From assembly GCA_028023455.1 (NCBI GenBank), contig JAQFVV010000006.1, positions 17,608,001 through 17,672,000 on the forward strand: DNA of 64,000 nucleotides, in the 5' to 3' direction. The notes under the pieces are model-generated. The model searched no databases, was not told the DNA's origin, and saw nothing but the letters and a program-made list of their open reading frames with translations. This document shows, piece after piece, positions 49,767-64,000 of this stretch (its first letter is position 1; each line of letters starts with the position of its first letter). The DNA comes from Epiperipatus broadwayi. Lineage: Eukaryota > Animalia > Onychophora. A program made the translations under genes and the position numbers.

Positions 49767-52700
49767 ACACTCTGTATATAACATTTATAATAATAGATAT
49801 ATATGAGTAATATATTGTAATGCTAACAAGATAGATATATATAACTCATATATATATATATAGCATTACATGTTTCATAATTTTAAAAAAATAATAATTT
49901 GTTAAGCAGATTTTAAAATGCAAATCTTGTAAAAATAAAAAAGATTGTGTTATATATATATATATTTTTAAAGAGAACAAGGGTAGGGAAAAATTTAAAA
50001 CACCCTCTCCTTTTTAAAATAAGTAAATAGGGAAAGTTAGAATAAAATTTATTTGTAAAAGAAAACTTTTGAAAATGTAATTAGTTAAAAAATGACTGAC
50101 TGATAAGAATTGTAAGTAATAAATGAATTAAATAAAAATTATATAAACTATCCCATCAATATAAAACAATGAGATAGCAGATTAATCTGAGAACAAGATT
50201 AGATAAAAAGAAATGTAAAATTTAATTAAAAACAGATTTTAAGTTATGATCTTAATTAAAAAATAGACTTAAATATGATAAACATTAAAAACTGTGGAAA
50301 ACAATGATAAAGGAAAAGTATAAAAGTTTGCAGCTGTCTATTATTAGTCAGTTGGTTTGTGATGTACAGTCGGGGCTGCAATCTGTAATTCTGGTCTTCA
50401 TTTGTGCTCTTACATTATCCTTTGCTCCAAAGATCCAGATATTCAGAAACTGTAAATGCAGTAGTTAACCAATCAATTACTGGTATGGTCAACATCACTG
50501 CAAAAGCCGCGGATCTAACAAAATGCACATTGGATCACTTTAGAAGTGTTTGATGGGCTTCAGGCTCAAAGCCCTTTGCAAATCAAATGAAGCTTTGCCT
50601 GGAACCAATGCCCATAAATAGACACTGCCACATTCTCTCATTGTTTGACAGAAACTGGAAGGAAAGCTATGAAGCCATCGATGAAGAACCAAAAAACCAA
50701 CCAGTTGGAAACCAACAATCATGAAAACCTAGGTAAAGACATTTTGATACTTGTCTATAGACACTTTATACTCATCTTAAATGAACTTTAATTATCAAAG
50801 GACTATCATAATTTTAGCCTGAAAGTAATCATGTATATTTTTTATGTAAATCTTATATTGTGTTATTTTATAGTAAATATGTATGCACATGAATAAATAT
50901 TAAGGTTTTCTTAAATATTATTTGGTCTATTCTCTCTCTCTCTTGTCACTGTATCATTATTAATTTAAGAGTATAGTTATTTTATGTGTTAAGTTAAATG
51001 TGCTAGACCCTAGTTAAGAGTATGAGCTAGCCATGTGATATTTCAAGCGCTGGATTGGGTGCTTGTCATCTGAAGCATGCTGACTATATAATCTATGGTT
51101 GGCTGGCACCTGAGGTTGGATCCTCAAAACAAATAAAATGCTTTGGATGGCAGGAGTTTGAATCCAGCAATTGAGATGGGCCATGGTCTGGAAAGGTGAT
51201 CATGTTATACCTTGCGTAGCTCGATCTAACCATGGGCATCGTTGGTGGCTATGCTATCAATGGTATTTCCCCCTCTGCTTGAAGGGCTGGTCCATTCTTG
51301 TGTTTTTTAAAATTATTATAAAAGGGATTTAAGTTCAGTTAAACCTAGTAAGAATAAGATTCTTATTCAATGGACCCAGTTCAATGTATATATATAAATC
51401 TTGTGGAAGGGAATGAATTTTCAAATATGCACTACTGGATTGATATATTAAATTTACATGTATTTACCTAACAGTAAGTGTTTTAAAAGTGTAAGTGAAT
51501 TACTTATTTGTAGAACTTATTATTATATAATCCAACACCTATTAACCATGCTTAAATCAGGATTTGATCTTGTACAAATTTAGTCTATATATCACAGGAA
51601 ATAGAAAGTTTCTCATTTTTAACTACCTACAACTTTGAATTATTGATGGGTGAGTGCATGTAAATTTAATATAACAATCCACTTGCACATGTGTGAAATT
51701 TCATTTCTTTCCACAGGATTTACATATATACAAGTGCTTCAGTCAAAATGCTTCAGACTGGCTTAGGTATATAGAAATTTAAGTAAAGAAAAGGGTGGCA
51801 CCACCTTTTTATTATAAAATCTCTGTCTTGTGTTGCGACTTGAGAGCTCCTTATACAGTCATCATTACATCTGATTGGCTGTCATATAAGCATTCTAAAA
51901 TGTGCATGTGAGAAGATTTCAACCTTTCACTTTAATGTATATAAATCCCTAAATTATTTATTTATATGTATATTATGATGACCGTGAATCAAATCTCCAG
52001 GTTGACAAATAAGTGCAGGTTAACTTAAGTACAGAAATAGTAAGAAAATTGGTAAATATTGGCAGCATTGAATAAATTTCAATATTTTATCACTGTAGTC
52101 AAAGAAAATTAAAGTTGAATGGTTGTTTAATTAAATAATGATATGTATGTGCACCTAAACACATAAATTTGGGGGAAATTAAAATAACCTTTTATTTTAA
52201 TAAAATGAATAAAAATAGATATAAAAAGTACTAAAATCATTTATTATAATTCCTACTCACAAGATAATTTTAAAATGCAATATCTATCCTTATGATTTAC
52301 AACAGGGGAAGGAGGAGATGAGCTTGCAAACATATACAGCTTCAATTTGTATAGGTAAATTTGATAAATCCAAGTAATAAATGTTAACTTGGATTTGTTG
52401 TGATAATATTACACTAACAATTTATAATAGAAAATTTGTAATTGAGTTTGCCATAATTGGTAACATTTGTTCTGTGTAATATTTTAAAAGTTCAAATTTT
52501 ATTCCGAAAAATGTTTTCAGAATAAGTCGGAATGAATTAAAATCGATTAAGAATAAACTAAAGATAATTAAAAGTTGAACTATAGCTAAAAGATTTTAAT
52601 ATATTTTGAAAAACATTCTGTGCAGGTGATCAGGTTAACACACGAGTTAAGAAAAAACATGTTTTTCAAAAACTGTGAAGACAGGATATGATTAAGCTCT

Positions 52701-55700
52701 AAAAGGGCTTGGAAAGAACAATGAAGCCAGACTGTACCAGTGTAATAAATTAAGGCATAAAAAAAAAATCTTAACAGTTTGTTCTAAAAAATGAGCCTCA
52801 GAATTGGACCAAAAAAGGGATTCCAGTAATATTTTATTGGCTATTTAATACTAATCCTGATTGTAGGTCAAGCTGGTCTAGCTAGTTGTCACTACAGACA
52901 TTTCTTGTAACTTTATCCACATTGAAGCAATGGCAAACAAAAAAGCTTTGAATTCTAATTTGGCATATATATCTGGCTAAGATACTACAAAAGTGCATCA
53001 GCCCTCATTATTCATCCACATACTACAGAAGAGAGACATTTTCTTGTTCCAATGCTGGTATGAAAGGAAATGTGGCCTGTTATCATCAAGAAATATGTAG
53101 CCCTAGTGTAAAAACAATGTCTAAATACCATTATTGTTAACCCAACTCATTGAAAATCAACTGTTGTAAATAACATATAAGTTCATTATCATTTAAGTAC
53201 ATGAAAAGAAAACAAAATTTGACTATTTGAAACTATAAAAAAGTAAACCCCTGAGTGAAACCCGAAAGAAGCTGCCAAATCCATGCATGGAAAGAATATG
53301 CAAGTTACCATTAGTTTAATGAAATATCTGAGAACTTTTGAGTATACAATAAATAATACCAGTAACATTTTTTATCATCCAGTTGTAGTTGTTTATTGTT
53401 TTGTCTATTGTTTATTCTTATAAATATTGAAATTAGCTCTCATTTTATTTTTAAACATAAATATAAATATTTTTCTCCTCAAATATTAAAGTATATGTGA
53501 AGAGGGGGAAAGCTAGAGTTTATGGATTGTTTAATTATTGAACCAGAATCATTGTTGAACTGTGAACAGAAAATATTTCAACATATCCATAAAAATACAT
53601 GATTGATGTCAATTACGAACTCCATTAGTTTTGTAATTCTTGATTGTTGTAAAGATTGGTTATGTTTGTTTTTGGTGAATATTATCTTTATAAAATGGTT
53701 AAGAAATTTGCCTTTGACTCTCATTCTCACACCTTATAGTTTTTGTTTAAGTAATTACTAAGTTAATGTAATTAGAATGTGTGACATTATATTTAGTCTT
53801 TGCTTCCATGAGTTAGGAATCTATTTTAAACAGTGAAAATTTAATGAAATACAGAATGGATTCAAATGTGAATGTTTGCAGTAGTCCTCTAAATTAAGAG
53901 AAGACATTCAATATTATCATAGATTGAAATAAAAACTATCTTCAACAGATTGGATATTTTGTCCTTCATATGTTTGAGGAGAGATGGGGATCAGGATATG
54001 TAGCTAATATTTTATAAAGAACTTACCATGATTTAAGCTTGAAAAGTACTTAGTTTGACCATTATCACATATGAGAATTCTTGTTTATAGTCTATACCAA
54101 TTATAATGTGGCTTACATAACAAATATTGCCTTATATTTAGGCATGGATGATATTTCAATTTATCTAGCCAATATTCAGGTTCTCTTTTATTATTTTCAA
54201 TTAATACTCTCATTTGCCTATGTACCATTGCAATATATATATATGTGTGTGTGTGTGTGTAATTGTAACAGAAGTAGCTGTACCTCCCACTGAGTTATGC
54301 AATGTAAAAAAAACTACAAAAAATAGAATGTTAACTAATGCTCTTATCTTTTAGCTCTGTTGTTATATAAGCTTAGTTTTTTGACATAGTTTTAAACTAT
54401 AAGGTGATTTTTTTCTATTATTTTGATTTATGTGCAGACTAAATGACTTGAAATCACCATTCATAAATTTGGAGGAATCCCAAAGGAATCTTAGTTTTAA
54501 CAATCTCTGAATATTATGATAATTTCAGATCAATATTCAGAGGTTGTTAAAACTATGATTTGTTCTTGATCCTCTAAATATATCAATGGTGAATTTAAGA
54601 TCATTTTAATCTGTACATAAGTTTAAATAATACACAAAATTCACTCTGTAGTTTAAAACTGCACTAAAAAACTAAGCTTATATAACAACAAAGGCAAAAA
54701 ATAACGCAGTGAGAGATGGTTGGTTCTGTTTCAATTGCAATTATTTTAAGTTATGATTATTTATTATATGTATGTGTATGTTGGGCATTTTATCAATATA
54801 TATATAATAGAATACCTCTAGTGCTTAATTTATTTATTTGGGTCACATATTAAAGATGTAAACTGCTAACACATATTTAATTTTACTTTACCCTGAGATA
54901 TTTGAACAAATATTTATTTACAAGATTGATAAGAATATATATATATATTGTCAGTATATATTATTAATATATGTATGTATATTGATTATACGTATATTTG
55001 GTAATGAAAGAAAACAATTTCTCTAACAAAAGCATATTTGTTAAGTCCTATGTCAGCAAATATATTGTGTTAGGGTTATTTTTAGCTAGCAAATTATGGG
55101 TATTGTATGCTAATGTTATAAAAATGATTTATTAATATATTTGATTTTAAAAAAAAAAACTGAATAATAAATTTTGAAAAATGTAAAAATATATATATAT
55201 TAATTGTTAGTACAATATTCAGGTTCTTAATATTCTCATTTAAAAAGCATTGTATCTAACAAAAATATAGTTGTCAAACTACTCTGTCAACAAACGTGTT
55301 ATATTAGGATTATTTTTAGTTAGAAAATTATGGGTACTAATGTGCTTCATGTTTATAAAAGCGTATAATCAGCCTATTCGATTTATGCTTAATTTTAAAA
55401 AATTGAATGAAATTCGGTAAACAAATTTAATACATATATACTGTATGAATCATTCATTAACTGTATTAATATATAATCTTTTTTTGTAGATTTACTACTT
55501 TTAAGAATTAATTTATTACATATGTCCTAATGGTAAAATTAAAAAATATAATAGCCATTTGCAAAAAAAAGAACCATAGTACATTCACAATAAATAAGTT
55601 GAATTTTTGATAACATTATAATTTAAATTAAGAAATTTTAAGTAATTTAAAATTGGAATATCTGTAAAGAAAGCTGTAAACGGATTTTGGTACTAGTATA

Positions 55701-55769
55701 TATAATACACTCCACCGCTTGCACAAAAACTGTGGCCGGCAATTCATTGAGCTTCAACAAATTTTTTAC

Positions 55770-56130
55770 ACTTGCTATTGCCATTTTATTATTCTCACCC
55801 AGAATCACATGAAAAAGTACATTTTCACATGAACATGGTTGAACTGTGCTTTTCAACCTAACCTTTTGCAGTTGTGTTCAGTTACAAATCATAGGGAAGC
55901 GTGTGTGATGGGCTGACAATTCTTAGTATGTACTAATACTTTGATTAAGCTTTCTCTCAATTATTCCATAATGAATATTTTAAGAGTTTTGTGTACTTAA
56001 AATTTGGCTAACATCAAATCATACTATAGCAATAGGTCAATTGCACTCACTTGAGGAATACTTTCACAACCCAATGGGCGTGATATTTTGTTACGTAATC
56101 ATAAAATACATCACCATCAAGCGGCCTCTT
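55770..56130. mobile_element. Partial copy of the 44076-44884 element
   Basis: Shares gccattt.attattctc, ccttttgca.ttgt...tagggaa.cg..tgatgggct.acaatt.ttagtatgta and the inner TIR segment catcaagcggcc. Confidence 0.6.
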
Positions 56131-56337
56131 ACAGCTAAAACAATACTGTTGTAGTGTTGGCCATAAGTCAGGTGACTAAACAGCATATTGATGTCTGTTG
56201 GTCAAAAACCATCGCCATCAAGTGGTGGAGTGTATTATATGTAGTAATACCTGGATTTTTTTTTAAAAAAGGAAAAGAAAAATAAAGACAATGAATTTAC
56301 ATTAAATAAATTGAAGAATATTTATCTATTTTCACAG

Positions 56338-56441
56338 GTATAAAATATGACAACCAGAATAGAAAAAATTCAAAAACTATTATCTACTAATATTATTAAT
56401 AGTTTTTGATTTTTTTCTATTCTGGTTGTCGCATTTTATAC
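56338..56441. repeat. Short fold-back (arms about 45 bp)
   Basis: gtataaaatatgacaaccagaatagaaaaaattcaaaaactatt / aatagtttttgatttttttctattctggttgtcgcattttatac. Confidence 0.85.
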
Positions 56442-56944
56442 GTGTTATTTACATCATTTGACAGAGTTATTGTGTTATTTATTTATCTACTTTCAGAAAT
56501 TATCAGTAATAGTAAATTATTATACATTGTTAATTGAAAAATAATTATTATTATTATTGTAAAGAAATTTGTAAGATTTTCCTTATGTATATATATTCAT
56601 AATCAATAAACAAAAACTTTTGAACAACTTGGATAGAAAAAATGTGTAAAGATGGGTTATAAATAAATTGTTATTTTAAAAATGTGAAGAAGGAAGAGAA
56701 TTTAGTTTTAGAAGGAACTTTATTCAAGGAAATATATGTCTAAAGATATTTTAGTTTAAAGGGAAAAAAAAAAATTATACAAAACTAATGAAAGAATATT
56801 ACAATGAGTATTTTCAATAGTATTCAGCAATTATACTATTATTAAGAACATTTATAATAAAATAAGAAACAATATACATCTCACTAGAGGTTAGAGCATT
56901 GATGGACAAGTGGCCATATGGCTGCGAAAATGTCTGGTGGGAAT

Positions 56945-59900
56945 GATTTTTTTATCTCTTTGTTTTATTGTCTGTAATTTGTTTTTAAAAATATTAAAAA
57001 AATTTGCATTACTGTTGTAAATGTAAGTCCATCTTGTGCACCATAACACATATAGTATAAATGTACTTATTTCTGCAAAGCAGGCATTTGGAAAAAAAAA
57101 CTCTATAATTGAACTTATAATGGCTTTTTTTTTTTTTTTTTGATAAATTTTTGTAATATTAAATTGAGTGTATTGTGTTGTAGGCTACTACACTCAAAGA
57201 ATACATGTTTTTGGTTCTCTTCTGATCTGTGGCACAATTCACATATAGTGTCAATGTTAAGTATGTTTCTCTTATAACCCATGAAATATAATGTTGATAA
57301 TGACCACATGTTCACTTTGAGTAGTAAATCAAAAAAAGGTGGGCTTGAATGTCCAATATTTAAATCTACGTATTAGCTGCTTATTATTAATGCCTAGCAT
57401 TGGCAAATCTAAGTTATAATTTGTGTTTGTGTGTAGAATTACATATGTATTCTAGGAGTGTCATTTGTCTTGTGGGACAGTTATATTAGTGTTACATATT
57501 TGTTTTGTGTATGGAGGTTTGTCTGTAGGTGTTATTTTAATAGTTTCTTCTAAATGTCAATGTTATTCTTGTCACGGATGATATAAGATTAAGATTAGAA
57601 TGTAGTCCTAATCCATTTAGATTGCTATAATATTATATTTTCCTGAATGAGGTGGCCACTATTTTTCTTTCCCCATAAATGTTTTTTACACAGTGAATAA
57701 ATCTTTGATGTAAAGGATTTTGTGAAGATTATAACCTGTGTATAATAAGTAATTTTTGTAATAATCAGCATAAGTGACACTTTCGAGTACAGAGAAAGAT
57801 ATGCTTTTGAGAAGGAGGATATGGTCTATTCTATTGCTTGAATTAGTTTGTTTTCTATTTGCCTTTGCATAACCATGTAACTCACGTGAAAGGGGAATCC
57901 TAAATAAGCTGTAGGTTTACCCAGAAATACATTTGTATGTGTTTTGCCTGTATATATACAGCATGCACAAGTTTTATCAAGGTTAAATTTTAGTTTAGAA
58001 GTGCAAATGTATTCATGTAATATATTAGTTAATGTTTATATTTGCTTTTGAGTTGTTAGAAAAACTGTTATATCAATCATGTAGGCTATGCAGACTGCAT
58101 TACGACCAAGTGTGGGCATATAGATTCGTGGGAGCGATTTTTCAATGTTATTAAGTAGTGGATTTATATACATGGCGAATAGCAATGCATTAAGTGATCC
58201 TTGTGGGATTAATTGATGTGGTGGATTAAAAGGAAGAGACATTTTCCCATTTAGAGTTATGTATATTTCTTTATTTATTAGCAAGTTTGTTAGCAAATAT
58301 AATATTCATTTTGGTATTGTTGTTTGTTTTTTTATTGTTTTTATGAGTACATCAATTGGTACCGAATTAAAAGCAGTTATTATATCCAGTTATACTGCCA
58401 TCGGGCTGTATTTTTACATTTCACACAGTGCCATTGATGAGCATTTTGAAGCAAATTATACCTGCAATAACAAAGATATAAGATGTGGTTAAATTTTGTT
58501 TTATTACTCTTTTGGCTCACTGAGCACATGGATATTAGCTTTATGTTTTGCATTGTACAAAGCGAAGTTTGTTTCTTCATAATTGAAATTATGCTACTAT
58601 ATGATATATATCTCGAATATAATATATCCCTTTTGACCGAAAGTTAGCCATGTCTGCAAAGATAAGCAGAAGTGAACTGGCTTAAATGTGCAAAAACAAA
58701 TTTTGGTATACCCAGTGGTCCTGGATGGCATGAATCTGGCATCTTCTCCAAACTTTGTCTAAAATCTTGAAGTTTGACTATTTCTGGATCATCCAGCATT
58801 CCAAAGTGATTAAAAGATGATTTGAATACTGTCTCATTTTGAAGTATTTTCTTATAAGTGTTTATAGACTGTTCTTAGCATATTATCGCCTGTGATAATG
58901 ACATCTCCATTCACTAATGCTGAAGTAACTTGTTGCAGGTGGTTGGCGTAGTGCCCATTGAATATATCATCAGGACCAGATATGTGATTGTGTGATGGAA
59001 AGCTTTTTTCTTTTTGGTAGTAATGTATTCTTTTAACATATCACGTGTGGATTTGTAAGGTTTTTTTTAGTTTAATTAATAGATGATTATTTTCTGTGGT
59101 TGGTGCACGATATATAATCCTTTTATGTAATTCATCAACCAGGGCTAAGAGTTTTGTTGGTGGTGTTGCAGTTCTTGTGACGCAATATTATTTGTGTGTG
59201 CGATATCTATTTTTTGAACAGGGCCTATTTCTAAACTATTTAGCTTAGCTAATAAAATGTAAATTTCTGAGAATAAAAATTCTGTTCTTGTGCATTATGG
59301 GATTAATATTGTTCTTTTGTGTAGTGTTACATGGTACCTATAATTTAAATCAAGAATGGCCATTATTGCTGCATGGTCTGAGAGAAGAGAAGGACCTAGC
59401 TGAATTGTAGTGCAGTGATGGTGAATAAAATACTAGATCTATAAGTGATGAGTGTCTGCCATTATTGAATGAAACAGAATTACTTGACTAGAAATCCTTC
59501 ACCATTCATAAGTGGACTATTGATGATGAGGTGCAACCATTTATTCACAAATATAGAATATGACATGTTAAAGTCTCTTATCATCATGAGCGGCTGAGAG
59601 AAGATAGCAAATAATAAATTTATGTTTTGAATAATTCTAGTAATAGTGTTGGGTTAGGGGGGCATATACACAAATACTCCATTTAAACTTATAGTCTTAC
59701 GTTGTTTTATGGACATGATTTCATAATTATTACTCCTGCCCTTGCTGAGGATGCAGATGTAAGTCTAGAGAATGCTGAGAAACCCAATCAGTTTAGGTAG
59801 TTAGAAGGATGAGTTTGTGATTCATTGTAGATCTGTTTTTACTAATCCTAATATATGTGATTGCACTATATCTAACCATTTAATCAGCTGGTAATTTTTT

Positions 59901-59950
59901 GCCACAGTATTCAAATCCCTAATGTTGTGTATACTTAGTTTACTTTCATT
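56945..59950 (-). mobile_element. Decayed L1/Tx1-clade non-LTR retrotransposon ORF2 (APE endonuclease, RT, CCHC)
   Basis: Domains appear in the expected order on the minus strand: HNIRDLNT..K (about 59920), VYAP (about 59660), IDLVF...SDH (about 59400), HPGPLGIP (about 58715), LNGKMSLPF...IPQGSLNALLFAMYINPLL...AYMIDITVFL (58036-58296), CELCHRSEENQKHVFFEC (about 57200). AATAAA plus an A-rich end near 56950. Confidence 0.82.
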
Positions 59951-62900
59951 ATATATATTATTATTTAATCTACCTAGCCTTTCTCTTTTAATGTTCTGAT
60001 ATTCAAAATCTGTTAAATTATATATGAAGTAGATAGAATAAGTTTTATTGTGTGTAGATGTGTTATATTTCTGTGGTGTGTGTGATCAGTCCTCTTAATG
60101 TTAGTATCTATATCATTTTGTTTAATATAGTGAGATGTACTTACTTTTCCCAGGTATGCATTGTTGTTTTCTGAGTTGTCAGCAATTTCTGCTTCGACTG
60201 GATTATGCTTTTTTTCTACTTTAAATTGTTCTAGTAATGTTGATGACTCTTCATCCTCACTGCTGTCTTGTGATATGCATGGTAAATTTCGTACACATTT
60301 TTTTCCCTGGTCAACCAGGCTTTTTATTGCTTAAAGCATTGCCTATGATATATAGTACTTGCAGCATACATTTAAAATATCCATTACTTTTGATGATGTT
60401 TTGTTCATTATATTTGCTATAAAATTATTTGTTGAATGGATATTATGTTAATTTTTTCCATGTATAAAATGTTTTCCATGTATAAAATGTTTTCCATGTC
60501 AGGTAGTATATTATTAGACTCCATGTAGGTATTATCCTCTTGAACTTTTTCCTGTGTACAATTATGTGACTGTTTATCGAGTTACAATGTATGCACTATG
60601 TATTATCACAGTTGACTGACAGATGACCACAGAGGCTGCACCAAAAACATTGTCTCTTGGTTCCTCAAATGAATATTAGCAGCATAGTATCTTTATCTGC
60701 AACTTGCGTGGATATGCTTAGCAGATTGACACTGTTGTGCAATTCATAACTATTTTCTTATATGGTTATTGTAATATCTTTGCAGTATAACTAGTTGCAG
60801 ATTAATGACATTACCGAATGGCTTCTAAGCTTTTTGAAATCACCGATAATGTAATTTAGATATGCATTTTGAGCACTCTGGTAATCATGATTTGTCTGTG
60901 CTCATTTATTATGACTAATGTGTGCTTACCCAGTATTGTTATTTGACTTTTAAATCGATTTCTTTGGTCACTATCAAAAAATTCTAAGACAAGGAAATGA
61001 TGATTAGGATGATCTGCTATTCACAAAATGCTATCCACAATTTGTTTGAACTAAGCGCTTTATACAATAGTTCCTTTGGAAAACTATATAGTGAGCAGGT
61101 AATTTCTGTAACAGCCAATATGATCAGTCGATCAGTGAAAAAACGTTTAAAGGAATTAATAATTCATGAAAGATAGTCGAATGAAATTTGATCGAAATAT
61201 TTTTCAACCTCTGTCCTTTGCATAGTTATGCCTACATTAGTTTCTGACATATCGTCCATGCCAAGGTCAAGATTTACAATCTCATTCAATGTAGTTTTAT
61301 GAAATCTGAATGCTTTGTTTTACTTCTTTTTCATAAAATATTTAGCATCAGCCAAGTTATTGTGCAAAATATTTATTAAAACTGCAAATAAAATTAATTT
61401 TCGTTATTATTCAAATACAAGCCACATACTTGGATACATATATTTAGTTTATATCAATCTACAGTATTAAGATTTCTTTGTCTTCAGTTTTGTGTGTTCC
61501 TGCGTTTTAGCGCATTTTATATATTTATACATTGGAATAATTAGCCACAAAGTTTAAACTTAGTGCTCATATCTTCTTAAAGATAATAGAATTAGATTAA
61601 TTCATCGCCTAAATTGGTCGCCTCCATTAAGATAGCACGGGGAGAGAAAGAAGAAAATTTATCAATTTTTGAAAGGTGTTGTTTTTATTCAAGTTTTTAT
61701 GACATTATAGATAAATAAATAAATTCTTAAGTAAAGTAATAATAATTCTAATTTCTTGCTTTAAAAAATAATAATTGGAGATAAAGCTAGATAAATTAAT
61801 TATGATGTAAAGTGGTGGGAGGGGTGGGGTGCTAAAATGTTTTTCAACGGTGTTTGTGGTCATTGGTCAAGACCAGACAGCATATACAACTATTAATTAT
61901 CATGAATAAAAAAAAATCGACAGGGGCTTCTTGCAATGGCCATCCCAACTCCAAGAGAGAGAAAAAGACAAAACAACAGTAGAAATGAGTTTATGTGGTC
62001 CATTATTGTTTATTTGTTATTTTGCAATGCTATCTTGTAACTTCTTTTGCAAAAAAAAAATCCAATTTATTTCAATACTGTGTCTAATTCTATCTTCCTA
62101 TTCTATCATCTTTCTAATAAAAGGAATCCAATGGTCCTTAAGATGATTGTTCTAACATAAACAGTATCTACTCCTACGAAACCATGCTCAAGTTTGCTAT
62201 AAAATATTTTTTTAGGATGTCTTGTATCCGTTTCAGATTCTATGGTATCACATTCAGAAAATTGAAGAATACATTGAATTGATCTTTATCATCTTGTTCT
62301 TGTATTTTTACAATTTTACAGATCATCCTTAAAGAAATTTTGTAATGCCTTTATGCTACATCAATAAGGAATTAAATTTCACTTCCATAAAATAAGTTAG
62401 GTAGAACAACAGCTCTATGTCCAGCTAATTTAGTTATTATTTACTATGATGAAATATTCTATTTTTTAGCTTCTTAAAAGCATCTGCAGCACTGAATCTG
62501 TGCTGCATTTTATCATCTAAACCCACATTTCTATTTAAAAAGCTAATAAGAATAAGATATTTCTGCACATTATTTTTTGAATTAGCAAAAATATTCCAAT
62601 TGCAAACTGTAAATCCGGAATTTGAGAAGTTAAATTTCTTATATTCATTTTTAATCAATTCATATTAAACTTTCCATAATCAAGTATATCACATCTTGAT
62701 GCCTGATTCATTAGACTGCATATATATAGTTTAAAAGACTATAGTCTTAACAATCTAAAAAATATTGGAACATATACACATCTTTGACTTATATCAGTTT
62801 TTATTTCAAATGTCTCAGATTTTTCACTTGTAATAACACTTTCATTCCAACATATAGAAGCTGTATAATACAAATAAACTTTAGTATTTGTATAAATCAG

Positions 62901-64000
62901 AAACTGTTTACTATCATTTATGGATATTTATAAACAGCTCTGAAATTAATTTATTTAGCTCATTGTTTATATATATTTACATGTTTTAGTGTGTAATAAA
63001 AATGTTGATTTTTGTTATTGTTAATGTAGCTAGCTATTTTTGAATATGCGATTGTGTATATGTTTGCTGATTTTTTTTTTTAATTTATTGAACTATTGAT
63101 TTATTTATTATTAGAATTTGTTATTTGAAAGTATTCATTTTAATATAGTGAAACCTTAATTGATTCATTATTTAATTCCATTTTGTATCTGTTTTCTTCA
63201 TTGCTGTAATTAGTCCCATATAAATGTATTTTTTTTCTGCATCCATTATTTCTTAAACTTGTTTTATTACATTGATTGTTAATATATCAAATAGTTTTCT
63301 TTTTAATTTGAAACTATCTAAAAATATTATTATCTATATTTAGGTATATGCTTATTTATTGAATAATATTCTGATAATTAAATTTTTTATAAATTTTTAC
63401 CTGTGAATAATAAAAAAGAGCTTTATGGTCCAAAAAATATGTACTTGAAGTTTACTTATATTTTTGAATAATTAGTTGCAAAGTCTTTTTCAGGAATGAA
63501 ACAAGTCATTCTTATATACCTTTTATTCATTTTTCAGTGCCTGTGCTCTAATTGTCTCAAATTAGCATGTGATTTTCCACTTAATCTTGAATAGAAACAT
63601 TGTCAACATCTCAGATCAACTCAAAGCACACTCAACTCCATACTTTGTATTTCAAGCTTATTTAAAGCATTGACCAATCAGAGATTTGTACACTAAAGCT
63701 AAAACAAATTTGTTACTTTTTTCTAATAAGTAAGAATGTTACAAAAAATGCTATACTTTATCTAATCACTATAATTAATGGTAACATTGGTTTTTTAATT
63801 ATATGCATTATTGTGATGTTACAATTATGTGTATAATGTATACAGTACATTTAAAGTAGTCTCTTGGTTTAAAGGTCTGGAAAAAATAATAGAATGGAAA
63901 CCTATTAAAAAAATAGTTTATTGGTTGATGCTTCAAATATTACATACATAAGATACAACTATCCTTATATTTAAATTATAATTTAAAATGTTAGTATAAT

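Noticed and set aside
51720-51775. Exon-like stretch tttccacag|GATTTACAT...CTTAG|gtatat
   Set aside because: Weak donor, frame-shifting length (50 nt) and no AUTS2-like peptide.
23318-63356. AG|GT recursive-splice-like sites (about 23326, 56337, 63351)
   Set aside because: None has a GTAAGT/GTGAGT-quality donor, and the 56337 site coincides with the edge of a fold-back repeat.
30031-64000. Next expected AUTS2-family exons (FDK/FKD...FYR, AFQPK, KPGKWCAMH motifs)
   Set aside because: Searched by eye after strong acceptors and not found. They probably lie beyond the window, though a short exon could have been missed.
1-64000. CRISPR arrays, rRNA genes, prokaryotic operons
   Set aside because: No regularly spaced repeat-spacer arrays or rRNA-like sequence were seen, and the organisation is eukaryotic exon-intron.

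Overview
AT-rich eukaryotic DNA, most likely from a large-genome arthropod such as an insect (inferred from composition and transposon content only). The window lies inside one large + strand gene of the AUTS2/FBRS/FBRSL1 (Drosophila tay) family. Three internal coding exons splice in frame through canonical AG/GT sites: 16639-16888, 21689-22203 and 29825-30030. The last encodes the family signature [14 protein letters not shown]...[20 protein letters not shown]. The start and end of the gene lie outside the window. I also see two candidate microexons (7 nt at 8708-8714, 3 nt at 42242-42244), an in-frame alternative donor, and a possible internal promoter with a 5' exon near 0.9-2.5 kb. The introns contain RTE, L1/Tx1 and Tc1/mariner remnants, about ten fold-back/MITE-like elements and four copies of a tRNA-length SINE. 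The most unexpected signal is a set of decayed minimal type I hammerhead ribozymes in tandem or inverted Penelope-like/retrozyme-like repeats of about 220-450 bp. A canonical ribozyme can be reconstructed from the copies of one of these families. Most entries in the ORF track are spurious or shadow frames. All homology statements come from recalled family motifs; no search was run.
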